DNA from: Saprospiraceae bacterium
GTDB taxonomy: Bacteria; Bacteroidota; Bacteroidia; Chitinophagales; Saprospiraceae
Length of the DNA: 64,000 bases
NCBI GenBank assembly: GCA_965263225.1
Contig: CBDHHG010000051.1
Coordinates: 89,845-153,844 of the forward strand
Direction of reading: 5' to 3'
Shown here: piece by piece, positions 55,376 through 64,000 of the stretch
How the letters are laid out: every line of letters starts with the position of its first letter
Numbering within the stretch: position 1 is the first letter of the stretch
The notes under the pieces: generated by a model
What the model saw: the letters and a program-made list of their open reading frames with translations, nothing else
Told to the model about the DNA's origin: nothing
Databases searched by the model: none
Translations under genes and position numbers: made by a program

Positions 55376-58213
55376 ATGCAGAGTCCCTTTCATGTTTCAG
55401 GTATGTTCTTCAAACGTACCATTTCCTTAGGGCTGTTCAGCCTATTTTTTCCTCTCCTGGTATTTTCACAATTAGCTACAATTCGAGGCAAGTTAATCGA
55501 TGAACAAACCGATGAACCTATCGTTGGAGCAGAGGTTAAGTCCTTGTCCACCAGTAGTTTTACTGATTTTGAAGGCCAATTTCAATTGCAGGTCTCATCT
55601 GCTGTTGACGAAGTGGTACTTACCATTATAGGTGGTGGATATCAAACTTTGGAGGTGGCGGTGCCCGTTTCGGGTAGAAGAAATATCAGTATCGGCACCA
55701 AAAAGCTAGTGGCGGAGGAAAATCTAAATGTAATCGCAGCGGAGGAGCTAATTCCTACTGTGACTTTGAGTACTGATGATCAGAATAGTGCTGGTGCTCA
55801 GAGCATTTCCGGCATTTTGACCGCCTCGCGTGATCGTTTCGTCAACACCATTGGTTTTGTTTTTGGATCGTATCGGTTCAACTTTCGAGGATATCGCTCC
55901 GAACACACGAGCATGTTTCTCAATAATATTCAGGTAAACGATCTAGAAAGTGGTGGCGTTTTCTGGGGTAAGTGGGGTGGCTTGAATGACGTTTTACGGA
56001 ACCGGAATACTGATATTGGCTTAGGTTCGAACGCCTATAGTGTTGGAGGTATTGGCGGCGCTACAGCCATCGATACCCGAGCCTCGACGCAACGCAAACA
56101 GACCAGAGTTTCCTACGCGATCTCCAACCGGTCGTATGACCACAGGACCATGGCTACGCATAGTACCGGCATGTCGCCTTCTGGTTGGGCCTTGACGATT
56201 TCTGCTTCCCAAAGGTGGGCGCAGGAAGGTTACCAGCCGGGTACGTTCTACGATGCCTATTCTTATTTCCTTTCTGTGGATAAGAAAATAGGAGATGACC
56301 ACTTATTTAATCTTACCGTATTTGGTGCGCCTAACAAAAGAGGGCGCTCGGGAGCTGCTACGCAAGAACTATACGATCTAGCAGGTACCAATTACTACAA
56401 TCCCTATTGGGGATATCAAGAAGGCGAAAAAAGGAACTCAAGAGTTAGTGATACGCACCAGCCCATGGCAATTTTGCGACACGATTGGACGGTTGGTGAT
56501 TTTACGACCATCACTACCTCAGTAGCCTACCAGGGTGGGCGTTACGGAAGCTCTGCACTTGATTGGTACGATGCTCCTGATCCACGTCCTGATTACTATA
56601 GAAAGTTGCCAAGCTTTATTGATAATGAACAAGCCGATGCCGTTGCCGAATTGCTTCGCACCTCTGAAGATGCTCGTCAGATCAACTGGACAAGCATGTA
56701 CAACGCCAATCGGAATAATTTTCAGACCATAACTGATGCCGATGGCATTGCGGGAAATAATGTGAGTGGTAATCGTTCCAGCTATATTATCGAGGACCGT
56801 CGCTACGATAGTGAGGTAATCAGCTTCAATAATCGTTTTGAATCCTTTATTAATGATAGAATTGCGCTAAGTGGCGGCCTTGGTTACCAAGCTTACTTCG
56901 GAGATAACTTTAAGACGGTCAAAGATCTACTGGGGGGAGATTACTATCTAGATATTGATAGATTCGCGGAATTTGAACCTGGGGCAGATTTTCTCTTTAT
57001 CCAAAATGATCTTTCCAGGCCTAACCGAGTTGTTCGAGAGGGAGATGCTTTTGGTTACCACTATGAGATGCATATTCGAAAGGCCAATGCCTGGTTACAG
57101 ACGAACGTAAGTCTGGATCGATTTGACTTTTTTCTAGCGGCCTCTTTGAACAATACGACCTTCTGGAGAGAAGGGCTTTTGCAGAATGGAAAATTCCCGG
57201 AGAGTTCTTTGGGAGAGTCGGAACGATTGAACTTTCTAGATTATGAATTCAAGGGAGGTGCTACCTATAAGATCGATGGCCGGAATTATTTGGTTTTCAA
57301 CGGTAATTATCAGCTGCAAGCCCCATATGCTCGCTTTTCTTTTACCTCTCCCAGAACTAGAAATCAAACGGTTCCTGGTTTAGAGCAGGTCAAGATCCAA
57401 GGAGTAGAAGGAGGATACCTGCTGAAAGCGCCCTATGCGAATGCTAGGGTTTTTGGATATTACACCACTTTCCGGGATCAGCTCTTCAATCGTAGCTTCT
57501 TCTTGGATAATGCCATTATCAATGATGATGGAAGCACTTCCGGTGGTTTCGTTAATTATATCATGACTGGAATGGATACTCGTCATATGGGGTTGGAATT
57601 GGCAGCAGAAGTGGAAGTGATGTCGCGTCTACGATTGAGTGCGGTAGCGGCCATCGGTGAGTACCAATATACGAATCGGCCTACCGCCGTAGCATACATA
57701 GATAATCGAGCGGAACCGATACCGGCCAAGACAGTCTACATCAAGAACTTCAATATCAGCGGTACACCACAGAAGGCTTATTCATTTGGCGTGCATTATA
57801 GTGGTAAAGACTTCTGGTTTGCAAATTTGAACTTTAACTACTTTGAGGATGTCTGGATCGATTTCTATCCTGAGAGAAGAACACTCGCTGCCGTTTCTAA
57901 TGTCACAAACCCAGAATTCACCAATCAAGTGGTTGAACAAGGCTCAAGCCTTTGGAGAGAAATCATTGATCAAGAAAGAGCGCCCAGTGCCTTTACGGTA
58001 GATTTCTTTGGTGGAAAATCTTGGAAAATTAATAACCTATTTATCTATCTAAACCTTGGCGTTAGCAATATTCTAGATAAGCAGGATTTCATTACAGGAG
58101 GATACGAACAGTTTCGCTTTGACTTTGAAGGTAAGGACGTGGGGAGATTCCCGAATCGATATTTTTACAGTCGTGGACGAACCTATTTCCTTAGTCTGAC
58201 TTTCCGCATCTAA
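55376..58213 (+). CDS. TonB-dependent transporter with an N-terminal carboxypeptidase-regulatory-like domain
   Basis: Signal peptide. 'IRGKLIDEQTDEPIVGAEV...FTDFEGQFQLQV' CarboxypepD_reg-like segment. Plug-like 'FRGYRSEHTSMFLNNIQVNDLESGG'. Long beta-barrel region. Confidence 0.85.
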   Translation: MQSPFHVSGMFFKRTISLGLFSLFFPLLVFSQLATIRGKLIDEQTDEPIVGAEVKSLSTSSFTDFEGQFQLQVSSAVDEVVLTIIGGGYQTLEVAVPVSGRRNISIGTKKLVAEENLNVIAAEELIPTVTLSTDDQNSAGAQSISGILTASRDRFVNTIGFVFGSYRFNFRGYRSEHTSMFLNNIQVNDLESGGVFWGKWGGLNDVLRNRNTDIGLGSNAYSVGGIGGATAIDTRASTQRKQTRVSYAISNRSYDHRTMATHSTGMSPSGWALTISASQRWAQEGYQPGTFYDAYSYFLSVDKKIGDDHLFNLTVFGAPNKRGRSGAATQELYDLAGTNYYNPYWGYQEGEKRNSRVSDTHQPMAILRHDWTVGDFTTITTSVAYQGGRYGSSALDWYDAPDPRPDYYRKLPSFIDNEQADAVAELLRTSEDARQINWTSMYNANRNNFQTITDADGIAGNNVSGNRSSYIIEDRRYDSEVISFNNRFESFINDRIALSGGLGYQAYFGDNFKTVKDLLGGDYYLDIDRFAEFEPGADFLFIQNDLSRPNRVVREGDAFGYHYEMHIRKANAWLQTNVSLDRFDFFLAASLNNTTFWREGLLQNGKFPESSLGESERLNFLDYEFKGGATYKIDGRNYLVFNGNYQLQAPYARFSFTSPRTRNQTVPGLEQVKIQGVEGGYLLKAPYANARVFGYYTTFRDQLFNRSFFLDNAIINDDGSTSGGFVNYIMTGMDTRHMGLELAAEVEVMSRLRLSAVAAIGEYQYTNRPTAVAYIDNRAEPIPAKTVYIKNFNISGTPQKAYSFGVHYSGKDFWFANLNFNYFEDVWIDFYPERRTLAAVSNVTNPEFTNQVVEQGSSLWREIIDQERAPSAFTVDFFGGKSWKINNLFIYLNLGVSNILDKQDFITGGYEQFRFDFEGKDVGRFPNRYFYSRGRTYFLSLTFRI

Positions 58214-58252
58214 ATTGAACTTCAAAAACCATAATCGATAAACAGGATAACT

Positions 58253-60280
58253 ATGTACACTAACTATAAAAAAATCTCATTTTTTGTTTTTCTTTCTCTA
58301 TTCGTGACCACTTGGTGGGGGTGTGTTGACCAAGATTTTGATGAACCACCATTGGATGGATTAACTACCCTGACGGCCAATTCTACCGTAGCTGAAGTTA
58401 AGGCCTTACATACGCTAGGTCAGGCTGCAAAGCAGATTGAAGAAGATTTGATTGTAGAGGTAGTGGTTGGAGCGGATGACCAGACCGGGAATCTGTTTCG
58501 CCAAATTGCGGTGCAGGACGAGACAGGAGGTTTTATTCTTCGCCTGAATGCGACCGGCCTTTTCAATAATTACGCAGAAGGCACGGTCGTTCTGCTTAAG
58601 TTGCAAGGTTTATATATTGGTGATTATAATGGTACTTACCAAATTAATGGTTCGGTAGAAGACCCAATAGAGGAATTGCTAATTGGGAATCATTTATTTG
58701 TAAAGGAGAGAGACAAGGATGTTACACCGGAGGTGGTCACGATCGAAGAATTGAATGATGCGGCCAGATTAGATCAATTGTTAAGCAAAGTAGTGCAGAT
58801 TGACGATGTACAATTCGCAGCGGCTTCAGCGGGTGCGCCCTACGCAGACGCTATTAATCGCTTCTCCGTGAATAGAGACCTAGAGGATTGTAAAGGCAAC
58901 GGACTGGTGGTGCGAACTAGTGGGTTTGCAGACTTTGCTAGTGAATTGACTCCTGAAGGTCAAGGTACTTTTGTTGGTGTGTTGAGCGTATTTAGAGATA
59001 CAAGACAGCTACTGGTGAGACGCCCAAGTGATCTTCAAATGGATGCTACCAGATGTGGTGCTGGAACTGGGGGCGAAAGCTTGGTGAGTATCGGGGAGAT
59101 CAGGGCTGCTTACGAAGGTGGAGCTTCGGCAGTGCCGGCAGATACAAAGATTCGCGGGGTAGTGATCTCTGACAGAGCTAATGATAACTGGGATGGTAGA
59201 AATATGGTACTGCAAGACGGTGATAAAGGGATTGCTATTCGCTTTAGTGATTTTCATGATTTTGACCTGGGTGAAGATGTAGAAGTTGTCGTATCGGAAA
59301 TTGAATTTTCTGAGTTCAATGGTTTGTTACAACTGTCCGGCGTAGCTAATGCTGGAGCTATCTCAAATGGGGCTGGTACAGCACCCAATCCGCGTACCGC
59401 TACCGTTAGTGAAGTCTTAGCTAATGTAGAAGCCTGGGAATCTACCTTGGTTGAAATTAAGGATGCCACTCTTTCGGGTGGAAGTACTTACAATGGTGCG
59501 CTAACCGTAACTGATGCCTCTGGTTCTATAAATATGTTTACGCGCGGCGCAGCCAGTTTTTCAGGCGCTCAGGTGCCGACTGGCACTACGGATCTTGTTG
59601 CTGTAGTTTCGGAATTTAATAACCCCCAAATTGTGATTCGCAATCTGGACGATGTCAGCGCTGATGGGGGCGGAAACGTAGGGGGAGATAATGAACCAAT
59701 TTCAGCGGGTGAGCTTCGGGAAATTTTTGAAGACGGTGGTACCGCAGCTCCTAGCAACAAAGTGCTTTCTGGTATTGTTGTCTCAGATTTAAGTAGCGGA
59801 AATATCACAGGAAGAAATCTAGTACTACAGGATGGAGATAAGGGTATTGTAATTCGGTTTGATGCAGAGCATGCTTTTGCTTTGGGAGAAGAGTTGGAAG
59901 TAGTGGTTTCCTTACAGGAATTGTCTGAATACAATGGTTTATTACAAGTAAACAATGTACCCTTACAAAATGCCACTTCCAAGGGAATGGCAACTCTTCC
60001 AACTCCTAGAGAAGCTACTGTGAAGGAGGTAATCGATAACTTGGAGGAGTGGGAATCGACCTTAGTGGTGATTAAAGATGTTAGTTTTTCAAGTGGAACC
60101 TTTGCTGGTTCGCAAACGATAACAGATCCAAGCGGATCAATTGCATTATATACACGAAACCAGGCTTCTTTTTCTGGAAATTCTCTTCCAAACGGAGAGG
60201 TTACCCTCACTGCCATAGTTTCTGACTTTAACGCAGCCCAGCTAAATATTAGAAATCTTACAGATATCGTAGAGCAGTAG
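58253..60280 (+). CDS. Surface lipoprotein with three tandem YhcR-type OB-fold-like modules (DUF5689-like)
   Basis: Lipobox 'TTWWGC'. Three colinear modules, each with the pattern '(V/I)xGxVxSD....GRNxVLQDGDKGIxIRF....LGExxEVVVS..ExSExNGLLQ'. Confidence 0.8.
   Translation: MYTNYKKISFFVFLSLFVTTWWGCVDQDFDEPPLDGLTTLTANSTVAEVKALHTLGQAAKQIEEDLIVEVVVGADDQTGNLFRQIAVQDETGGFILRLNATGLFNNYAEGTVVLLKLQGLYIGDYNGTYQINGSVEDPIEELLIGNHLFVKERDKDVTPEVVTIEELNDAARLDQLLSKVVQIDDVQFAAASAGAPYADAINRFSVNRDLEDCKGNGLVVRTSGFADFASELTPEGQGTFVGVLSVFRDTRQLLVRRPSDLQMDATRCGAGTGGESLVSIGEIRAAYEGGASAVPADTKIRGVVISDRANDNWDGRNMVLQDGDKGIAIRFSDFHDFDLGEDVEVVVSEIEFSEFNGLLQLSGVANAGAISNGAGTAPNPRTATVSEVLANVEAWESTLVEIKDATLSGGSTYNGALTVTDASGSINMFTRGAASFSGAQVPTGTTDLVAVVSEFNNPQIVIRNLDDVSADGGGNVGGDNEPISAGELREIFEDGGTAAPSNKVLSGIVVSDLSSGNITGRNLVLQDGDKGIVIRFDAEHAFALGEELEVVVSLQELSEYNGLLQVNNVPLQNATSKGMATLPTPREATVKEVIDNLEEWESTLVVIKDVSFSSGTFAGSQTITDPSGSIALYTRNQASFSGNSLPNGEVTLTAIVSDFNAAQLNIRNLTDIVEQ
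59084..59656 (+). repeat. Lipoprotein internal module B (protein-level tandem repeat)
   Basis: About aa 278-468, colinear with aa 483-672. Roughly half of the positions are identical by eye. Confidence 0.75.
59699..60268 (+). repeat. Lipoprotein internal module C (protein-level tandem repeat)
   Basis: See module B. Confidence 0.75.
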
Positions 60281-60313
60281 CTGAAAGCTGTTTTCTTGCT
60301 GGACTTGAAAGAC

Positions 60314-60368
60314 ACTTGGGAACTGGATGTTCAGATTAGCTGAACCAATCTCCGGTTCCCAAGTTTTA
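60314..60368 (+). terminator. Two-tier hairpin plus T-tract downstream of the OB-module lipoprotein gene
   Basis: Outer arms ACTTGGGAAC / GTTCCCAAGT and inner arms GTTCAG / CTGAAC, followed by TTTT. Confidence 0.65.
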
Positions 60369-60416
60369 TAAGTACTAGAACGTAAGTAGCACTTAAATAA
60401 TAGCAATACACAAAGC

Positions 60417-61157
60417 ATGACTCCCTCCAAGGCCATTAAACCCTTTGTTTTTAAACAGTTTACCATAGAACAAGATCGTTGTACCATGCAGGTGGGCACA
60501 GATGGTGTCCTGTTGGGTGCTTGGGCGCCAATCGGTACGGCAAAAACTATGCTGGATATCGGAACGGGTACTGGCGTAATTGCCATTATGCTGGCTCAGC
60601 GATGTGAGGAAGGCTTGATTCACGCCGTAGAGGTGGAAGAATCAGCCTATCAGCAGGCAAAGGAAAACATGGAAAGAGCTCCCTGGGCGGAGCGATTACA
60701 AGCACACCTAGGCGCTATTCAGGATTTTGAGCTTCCGACGGGCGTAGCCGATGGTTTTGATCTGATTGTAAGCAATCCACCTTTCTTTTCTGGCGGCACC
60801 TTTAGTTTTAATCAAGATAGAAACAGTGTAAGACATACCGTTAAGTTACCCCATAACGATCTATTGCGTGCCGTACGTCGCTTGTTGAATCAGTCCGGGC
60901 GCTTCGCCACGATCTTACCACTACTTGAGGGCCTCAGATTTAGGGAGTTAGCAGAGAGTTATCACCTGTACTGTACACAAATGATTGAGGTGCAACCCAA
61001 ACCGTCTCGCTCCGCAGAAAGATTGTTACTAGTCTTCGAAAAGGAAGCCAAAGCCATACCGGGTCACAGCAGCACCTTGGTGCTAATGCAAGAAGATGAC
61101 TTACATCGAACAGAGGCATACCGGTCCTTGACGGAGGCATTCTATCTTAACCCGTAA
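60417..61157 (+). CDS. tRNA1(Val) (adenine37-N6)-methyltransferase (YfiC/TrmN6 family)
   Basis: 'FKQFTIEQDRCTMQVGTDGVLLGAWA', SAM motif 'LDIGTGTGVIAIMLAQR', catalytic 'VSNPPFF'. Confidence 0.88.
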   Translation: MTPSKAIKPFVFKQFTIEQDRCTMQVGTDGVLLGAWAPIGTAKTMLDIGTGTGVIAIMLAQRCEEGLIHAVEVEESAYQQAKENMERAPWAERLQAHLGAIQDFELPTGVADGFDLIVSNPPFFSGGTFSFNQDRNSVRHTVKLPHNDLLRAVRRLLNQSGRFATILPLLEGLRFRELAESYHLYCTQMIEVQPKPSRSAERLLLVFEKEAKAIPGHSSTLVLMQEDDLHRTEAYRSLTEAFYLNP

Positions 61158-61195
61158 TGTTTTATTTTAGTGTTGCAGTTAGGCGGTAGGTATAT

Positions 61196-61235
61196 GAAAA
61201 AGGGGAAACAAATTTGAATTTGTTTCCCCTTTTTC
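61196..61235. terminator. Bidirectional rho-independent terminator
   Basis: Perfect 18-nt arms GAAAAAGGGGAAACAAAT / ATTTGTTTCCCCTTTTTC with a 4-nt loop. Confidence 0.85.
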
Positions 61236-61237
61236 AG

Positions 61238-61489
61238 CTATGCCACTTCAGCTTCTGCTAGAATCTTCATGGCCGCATCTAGGATGGCTGTATCTCTCAA
61301 GCTAACGATTCCGCCGTTAGGGCCAGGCTGAACGTGCTTTCCTGTTAATTGTCCGTTTTGAAATTTATTGGCTCCGAAATAATTTCTTACTGTTTGTTCT
61401 TCAACGTTTAGAGATTCTGCTATTCTCTTTACACTACCTGTAGGTAGTTTGTGCTTGATGTCTCGCAAGTCATTGAAGGAAATATTCAT
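61238..61489 (-). CDS. Small (83 aa) putative helix-turn-helix DNA-binding protein
   Basis: 'GSVKRIAESLNVEEQTVRNYFG' is HTH-like. It is flanked by a strong terminator and has a 311-bp AT-rich upstream region. Confidence 0.55.
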   Translation of the reverse strand: MNISFNDLRDIKHKLPTGSVKRIAESLNVEEQTVRNYFGANKFQNGQLTGKHVQPGPNGGIVSLRDTAILDAAMKILAEAEVA

Positions 61490-61707
61490 ATGCTCTCAAT
61501 TTTGTGAAGAAATGTGGTTAGTTGTTTAAAAATCTGTTAAACTAATGTAAAACTTTTCCAACTTTTATCAAAGTGTTTCTGCTGAATTCTTGCTAAATAT
61601 TTGACAGAGAAATGTAATCAAGATCGAGTATTTGGCAAGACGAATTATTTGCCAAATTTTATATAAAAACGGGAGTTAATAGGAGTTTGTGGATAGGTGT
61701 TGAGATA

Positions 61708-61748
61708 AATTAAGGACCATCTGTATTTGTAACAAATGGTCCTTAATT
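61708..61748 (-). terminator. Hairpin downstream of the large beta-barrel gene
   Basis: 13-bp arms AATTAAGGACCAT / ATGGTCCTTAATT with a 15-nt loop. No clear U-tract. Confidence 0.5.
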
Positions 61749-61800
61749 AAAGTTGGTTACCAGAAGAAATTTTAACTCTTATGAATAACTATCTTCTAGC

Positions 61801-63447
61801 TTAAAAGCGGGCACTAATCCCAAACAAGGCATTAAGCCCCATTACTGGATACCTATGGAAACGTTGCCGCGTATTGTTGGCAAGGTTGTTGAGTTTAATG
61901 AAGCCACCTATGTTATCCGTAAAAAACAATTCGGCTCCAACACTGACATCAAAGAGTGCATTGAGATTTCGCGCCTCCCCATCTGCATCTCTGAAAGGCA
62001 CTCCATTTTCCAAGAAGAAGTCACCAGTTAATCTCAGTCGATCTTCCATGGTAGTATAAGCTGCGCCGACATTCAGACTGAAAGCGGGTAAATGCCAAGC
62101 CTTCTCTTGATTATCTAAAGAGTATATGTGCTGACTAACCGTACCCGTTAGCGCAAAACCAGGGAATAAAGGGGCCGAGGCGCTACCCTTGATGGTGAAG
62201 ATAGTAGCCGTATCATATAGTACATCAAATCTGGCGATGGAATCCAATGGATCACTTAGCTGATACAAGGCTAAGTTTTCCGCAGTCTGATAAGCCAGTT
62301 GACCATCATAATCTATCCCTTGAATATTACCCTTGATACCACCATAGAATCGGTAGTAGCTCGTGTTTCGCACATCTATACGGGACTCAATGAATGGGTT
62401 ATAGTCATTGAGATATCTAAAACTGTTCTTTCTTAAACTACCCTCTGCCCCTACATATACACCAAATAGGTCCTGTGCGACGTTTGCGGTAGCTTCTATA
62501 TCTGGGAAGAAGGTGAATTCATCTTCGTGAGATGCTATATTTGCCCCAATCTTCACCTTGAAGATATCGCCATGATAAGTATAGCTGGGTTGTAAGAAGA
62601 AGTTATTGAGGTTCTTGCTTTCCTCATTTTTGTAGGTAGTAAAGTCGGTGATCAATTTGATCGTCAACGGATGAGATTCATTGAACCACTTGGTTCCTTC
62701 CAGATTTAAGTTGAATCCTCTTTCCCGAGTAGCAAAATTATCTTGCAAGATATAGACATCAAATCCGGCTTTGTAGTTGAAATCAAGAATTGTTCTTGCA
62801 CCATTGAATAGGCTAGCTCCAATGTCAAAAATTGCTACACGTTGCCGCACTTCTCCAGATTCGAAGCTAAAAGTCTTGTCGGGTAGTTCTTCATTTAGGT
62901 CATTGTAGCCATAGAAGAAAGAAGCATTATGGGAGTAGTTCATTTTCCCATTTACGGCTACTCCTTCCTCGTTGAGATAATAAGTGCCTTCTAGTCCATA
63001 ATTGTTCCAGCCAAACCTTTGGTTTTCTACCTGCTTGTTGTTATTGGCAGAATGATGGAAGGCATGCACTCGAAAGTCAAAGTTTTCTACCTCGTCCAAA
63101 AAGTAGGAACCTTCCATATAAACAGAGTTCGGTAGTCCGCCACCTAACATGAAGTGACCATTGTACAGGTTTTGCTTTTCCGCTTTGCGGATCCGTAAAG
63201 GGCGAATCTTAGGCGCAGGATAGGCGACTTCAATGGCTCTTGTTAAGATATTGTAGGTTTGTCTTCTAGTACTCGTATCAAGGGGCGGCAGTAATGGCTG
63301 CAAACTAAAGGGTTCCGTATCCAATAGACGCGCATTGAAGTTGTTGATTACATCCACTTCTCCAGTCGGAAGATCGTCTTGTGCAACCAGGAAGTGGGAG
63401 CAAAACAAGAGTAACCCACCAAAAATATACTGAATAGAACGATTCAT
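61801..63447 (-). CDS. Large outer-membrane beta-barrel protein (putative-porin family)
   Basis: Signal peptide, pervasive alternating aromatic/Gly strand pattern, C-terminal 'LNALFGISARF'. Confidence 0.55.
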   Translation of the reverse strand: MNRSIQYIFGGLLLFCSHFLVAQDDLPTGEVDVINNFNARLLDTEPFSLQPLLPPLDTSTRRQTYNILTRAIEVAYPAPKIRPLRIRKAEKQNLYNGHFMLGGGLPNSVYMEGSYFLDEVENFDFRVHAFHHSANNNKQVENQRFGWNNYGLEGTYYLNEEGVAVNGKMNYSHNASFFYGYNDLNEELPDKTFSFESGEVRQRVAIFDIGASLFNGARTILDFNYKAGFDVYILQDNFATRERGFNLNLEGTKWFNESHPLTIKLITDFTTYKNEESKNLNNFFLQPSYTYHGDIFKVKIGANIASHEDEFTFFPDIEATANVAQDLFGVYVGAEGSLRKNSFRYLNDYNPFIESRIDVRNTSYYRFYGGIKGNIQGIDYDGQLAYQTAENLALYQLSDPLDSIARFDVLYDTATIFTIKGSASAPLFPGFALTGTVSQHIYSLDNQEKAWHLPAFSLNVGAAYTTMEDRLRLTGDFFLENGVPFRDADGEARNLNALFDVSVGAELFFTDNIGGFIKLNNLANNTRQRFHRYPVMGLNALFGISARF

Positions 63448-63507
63448 TCTGTTGATTGATTTTTTCGTTAAATAAGGATTGAAACTAATCGCTGATCTTA
63501 GCAGCTT

Positions 63508-64000
63508 CTAATTGTTACCGCCTTCCTCAAACTCTAATCTGTTAGGGTCTCCACCAAGGTCCAAACGACTGGCTTGATTCAACTGCTTGTTGATCGTGGC
63601 TAGTTTAGCTCTGGCAGTAGATACCAATTCCTCATCATCTTGGTAGTTTTCTAGTAAGGCTTCCAGTACAGCTTTAGCGTTGTATAGGTCTCCTTTTTCA
63701 GCGAAAATATCGGATAATAGGAGTACACTCTTAGCTACCCAATAAGGGTAACCTGAACTCTCTTTATTGGCATTAATACATAATTCTTGCGCGGTATCTA
63801 AATTCCGTTTCAAGTAATAAATATAAGCAATGAGATACCTGGCTTCCGCCGTTTGCTCATTGTCACTCAATCGCTTTACCTTTTCAAAGGTGGTCAAAGC
63901 GTTGTCATAGTCCTTGCGATCAAAGGCGATCTTACCCAGATAGAAGCTAGCGGTAGCCACCTGCTCCTGCGAGGCGCTAGGGCTATTAGCCACCTTGCTG
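63508..64000 (-). CDS. TPR-repeat protein, C-terminal part (5' end outside the window)
   Basis: The frame is open to the window edge. TPR-like helices 'ASFYLGKIAFDRKDYDNALTTFEKV' and 'ARYLIAYIYYLKRNLDTAQE'. Confidence 0.7.
   Translation of the reverse strand, partial: SKVANSPSASQEQVATASFYLGKIAFDRKDYDNALTTFEKVKRLSDNEQTAEARYLIAYIYYLKRNLDTAQELCINANKESSGYPYWVAKSVLLLSDIFAEKGDLYNAKAVLEALLENYQDDEELVSTARAKLATINKQLNQASRLDLGGDPNRLEFEEGGNN

Noticed and set aside
59569-60315. 248-aa minus-strand ORF antisense to the 3' part of the OB-module lipoprotein gene
   Set aside because: It is fully embedded antisense in a gene with clear domain repeats. The translation is low-complexity (S/T/P-rich) with no motif. 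It is a typical shadow ORF of a GNN-rich frame.
61630-61657. TTGGCA...TTGC read as a sigma-54 (-24/-12) promoter
   Set aside because: The GG and GC elements are about 15 nt apart instead of the required 10. The element is a symmetric dyad, so an operator-like inverted repeat is the better reading.

Overview
This window looks like ordinary chromosomal core sequence from a Bacteroidota genome, with no obvious accessory island. The phylum call rests on several things read directly from the sequence. TAnnTTTG-type -7 promoter boxes are present and Shine-Dalgarno sequences are absent. There is a T9SS C-terminal sorting domain, a PorT-family gene next to ubiE, a bshC gene, and PadR+FtsX and ECF sigma/anti-sigma modules. 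I can support about 57 protein-coding genes at high coding density.

Housekeeping anchors are gyrA, trxA, guaA, glpK, ychF, engB, ubiE, miaE and bshC. The 5' end carries an exopolysaccharide-type cluster: a methyltransferase, a GT2, two tandem hexapeptide acyltransferases and a membrane GT2 synthase. It sits next to a sensor-less hybrid histidine kinase and a LytTR response regulator. I did not recognise any rRNA, tRNA, CRISPR array, transposase, integrase or phage gene.

The best candidate for an undescribed system is the locus at about 54.1-60.3 kb. A signal-peptide-bearing EEP-family nuclease is divergently paired with a TonB-dependent transporter and a lipoprotein built from three YhcR-type OB-fold-like modules. 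I read this as a possible extracellular nucleic-acid capture and uptake system, but that is inference only.

Other points worth a second look:
- a T9SS cargo protein that fuses a type-1 copper cupredoxin to two lamin-tail domains, a Calx-beta-like region and an OB-like module
- a phased triple operator-like repeat upstream of padR
- a BacNav-type channel with a TLEGWNE filter, 2 nt upstream of a DEDDh exonuclease gene
- several apparently leaderless genes
- a few unannotated small ORFs and structured non-coding stretches

All family assignments come from motif recognition by eye. No database search or computation was run.
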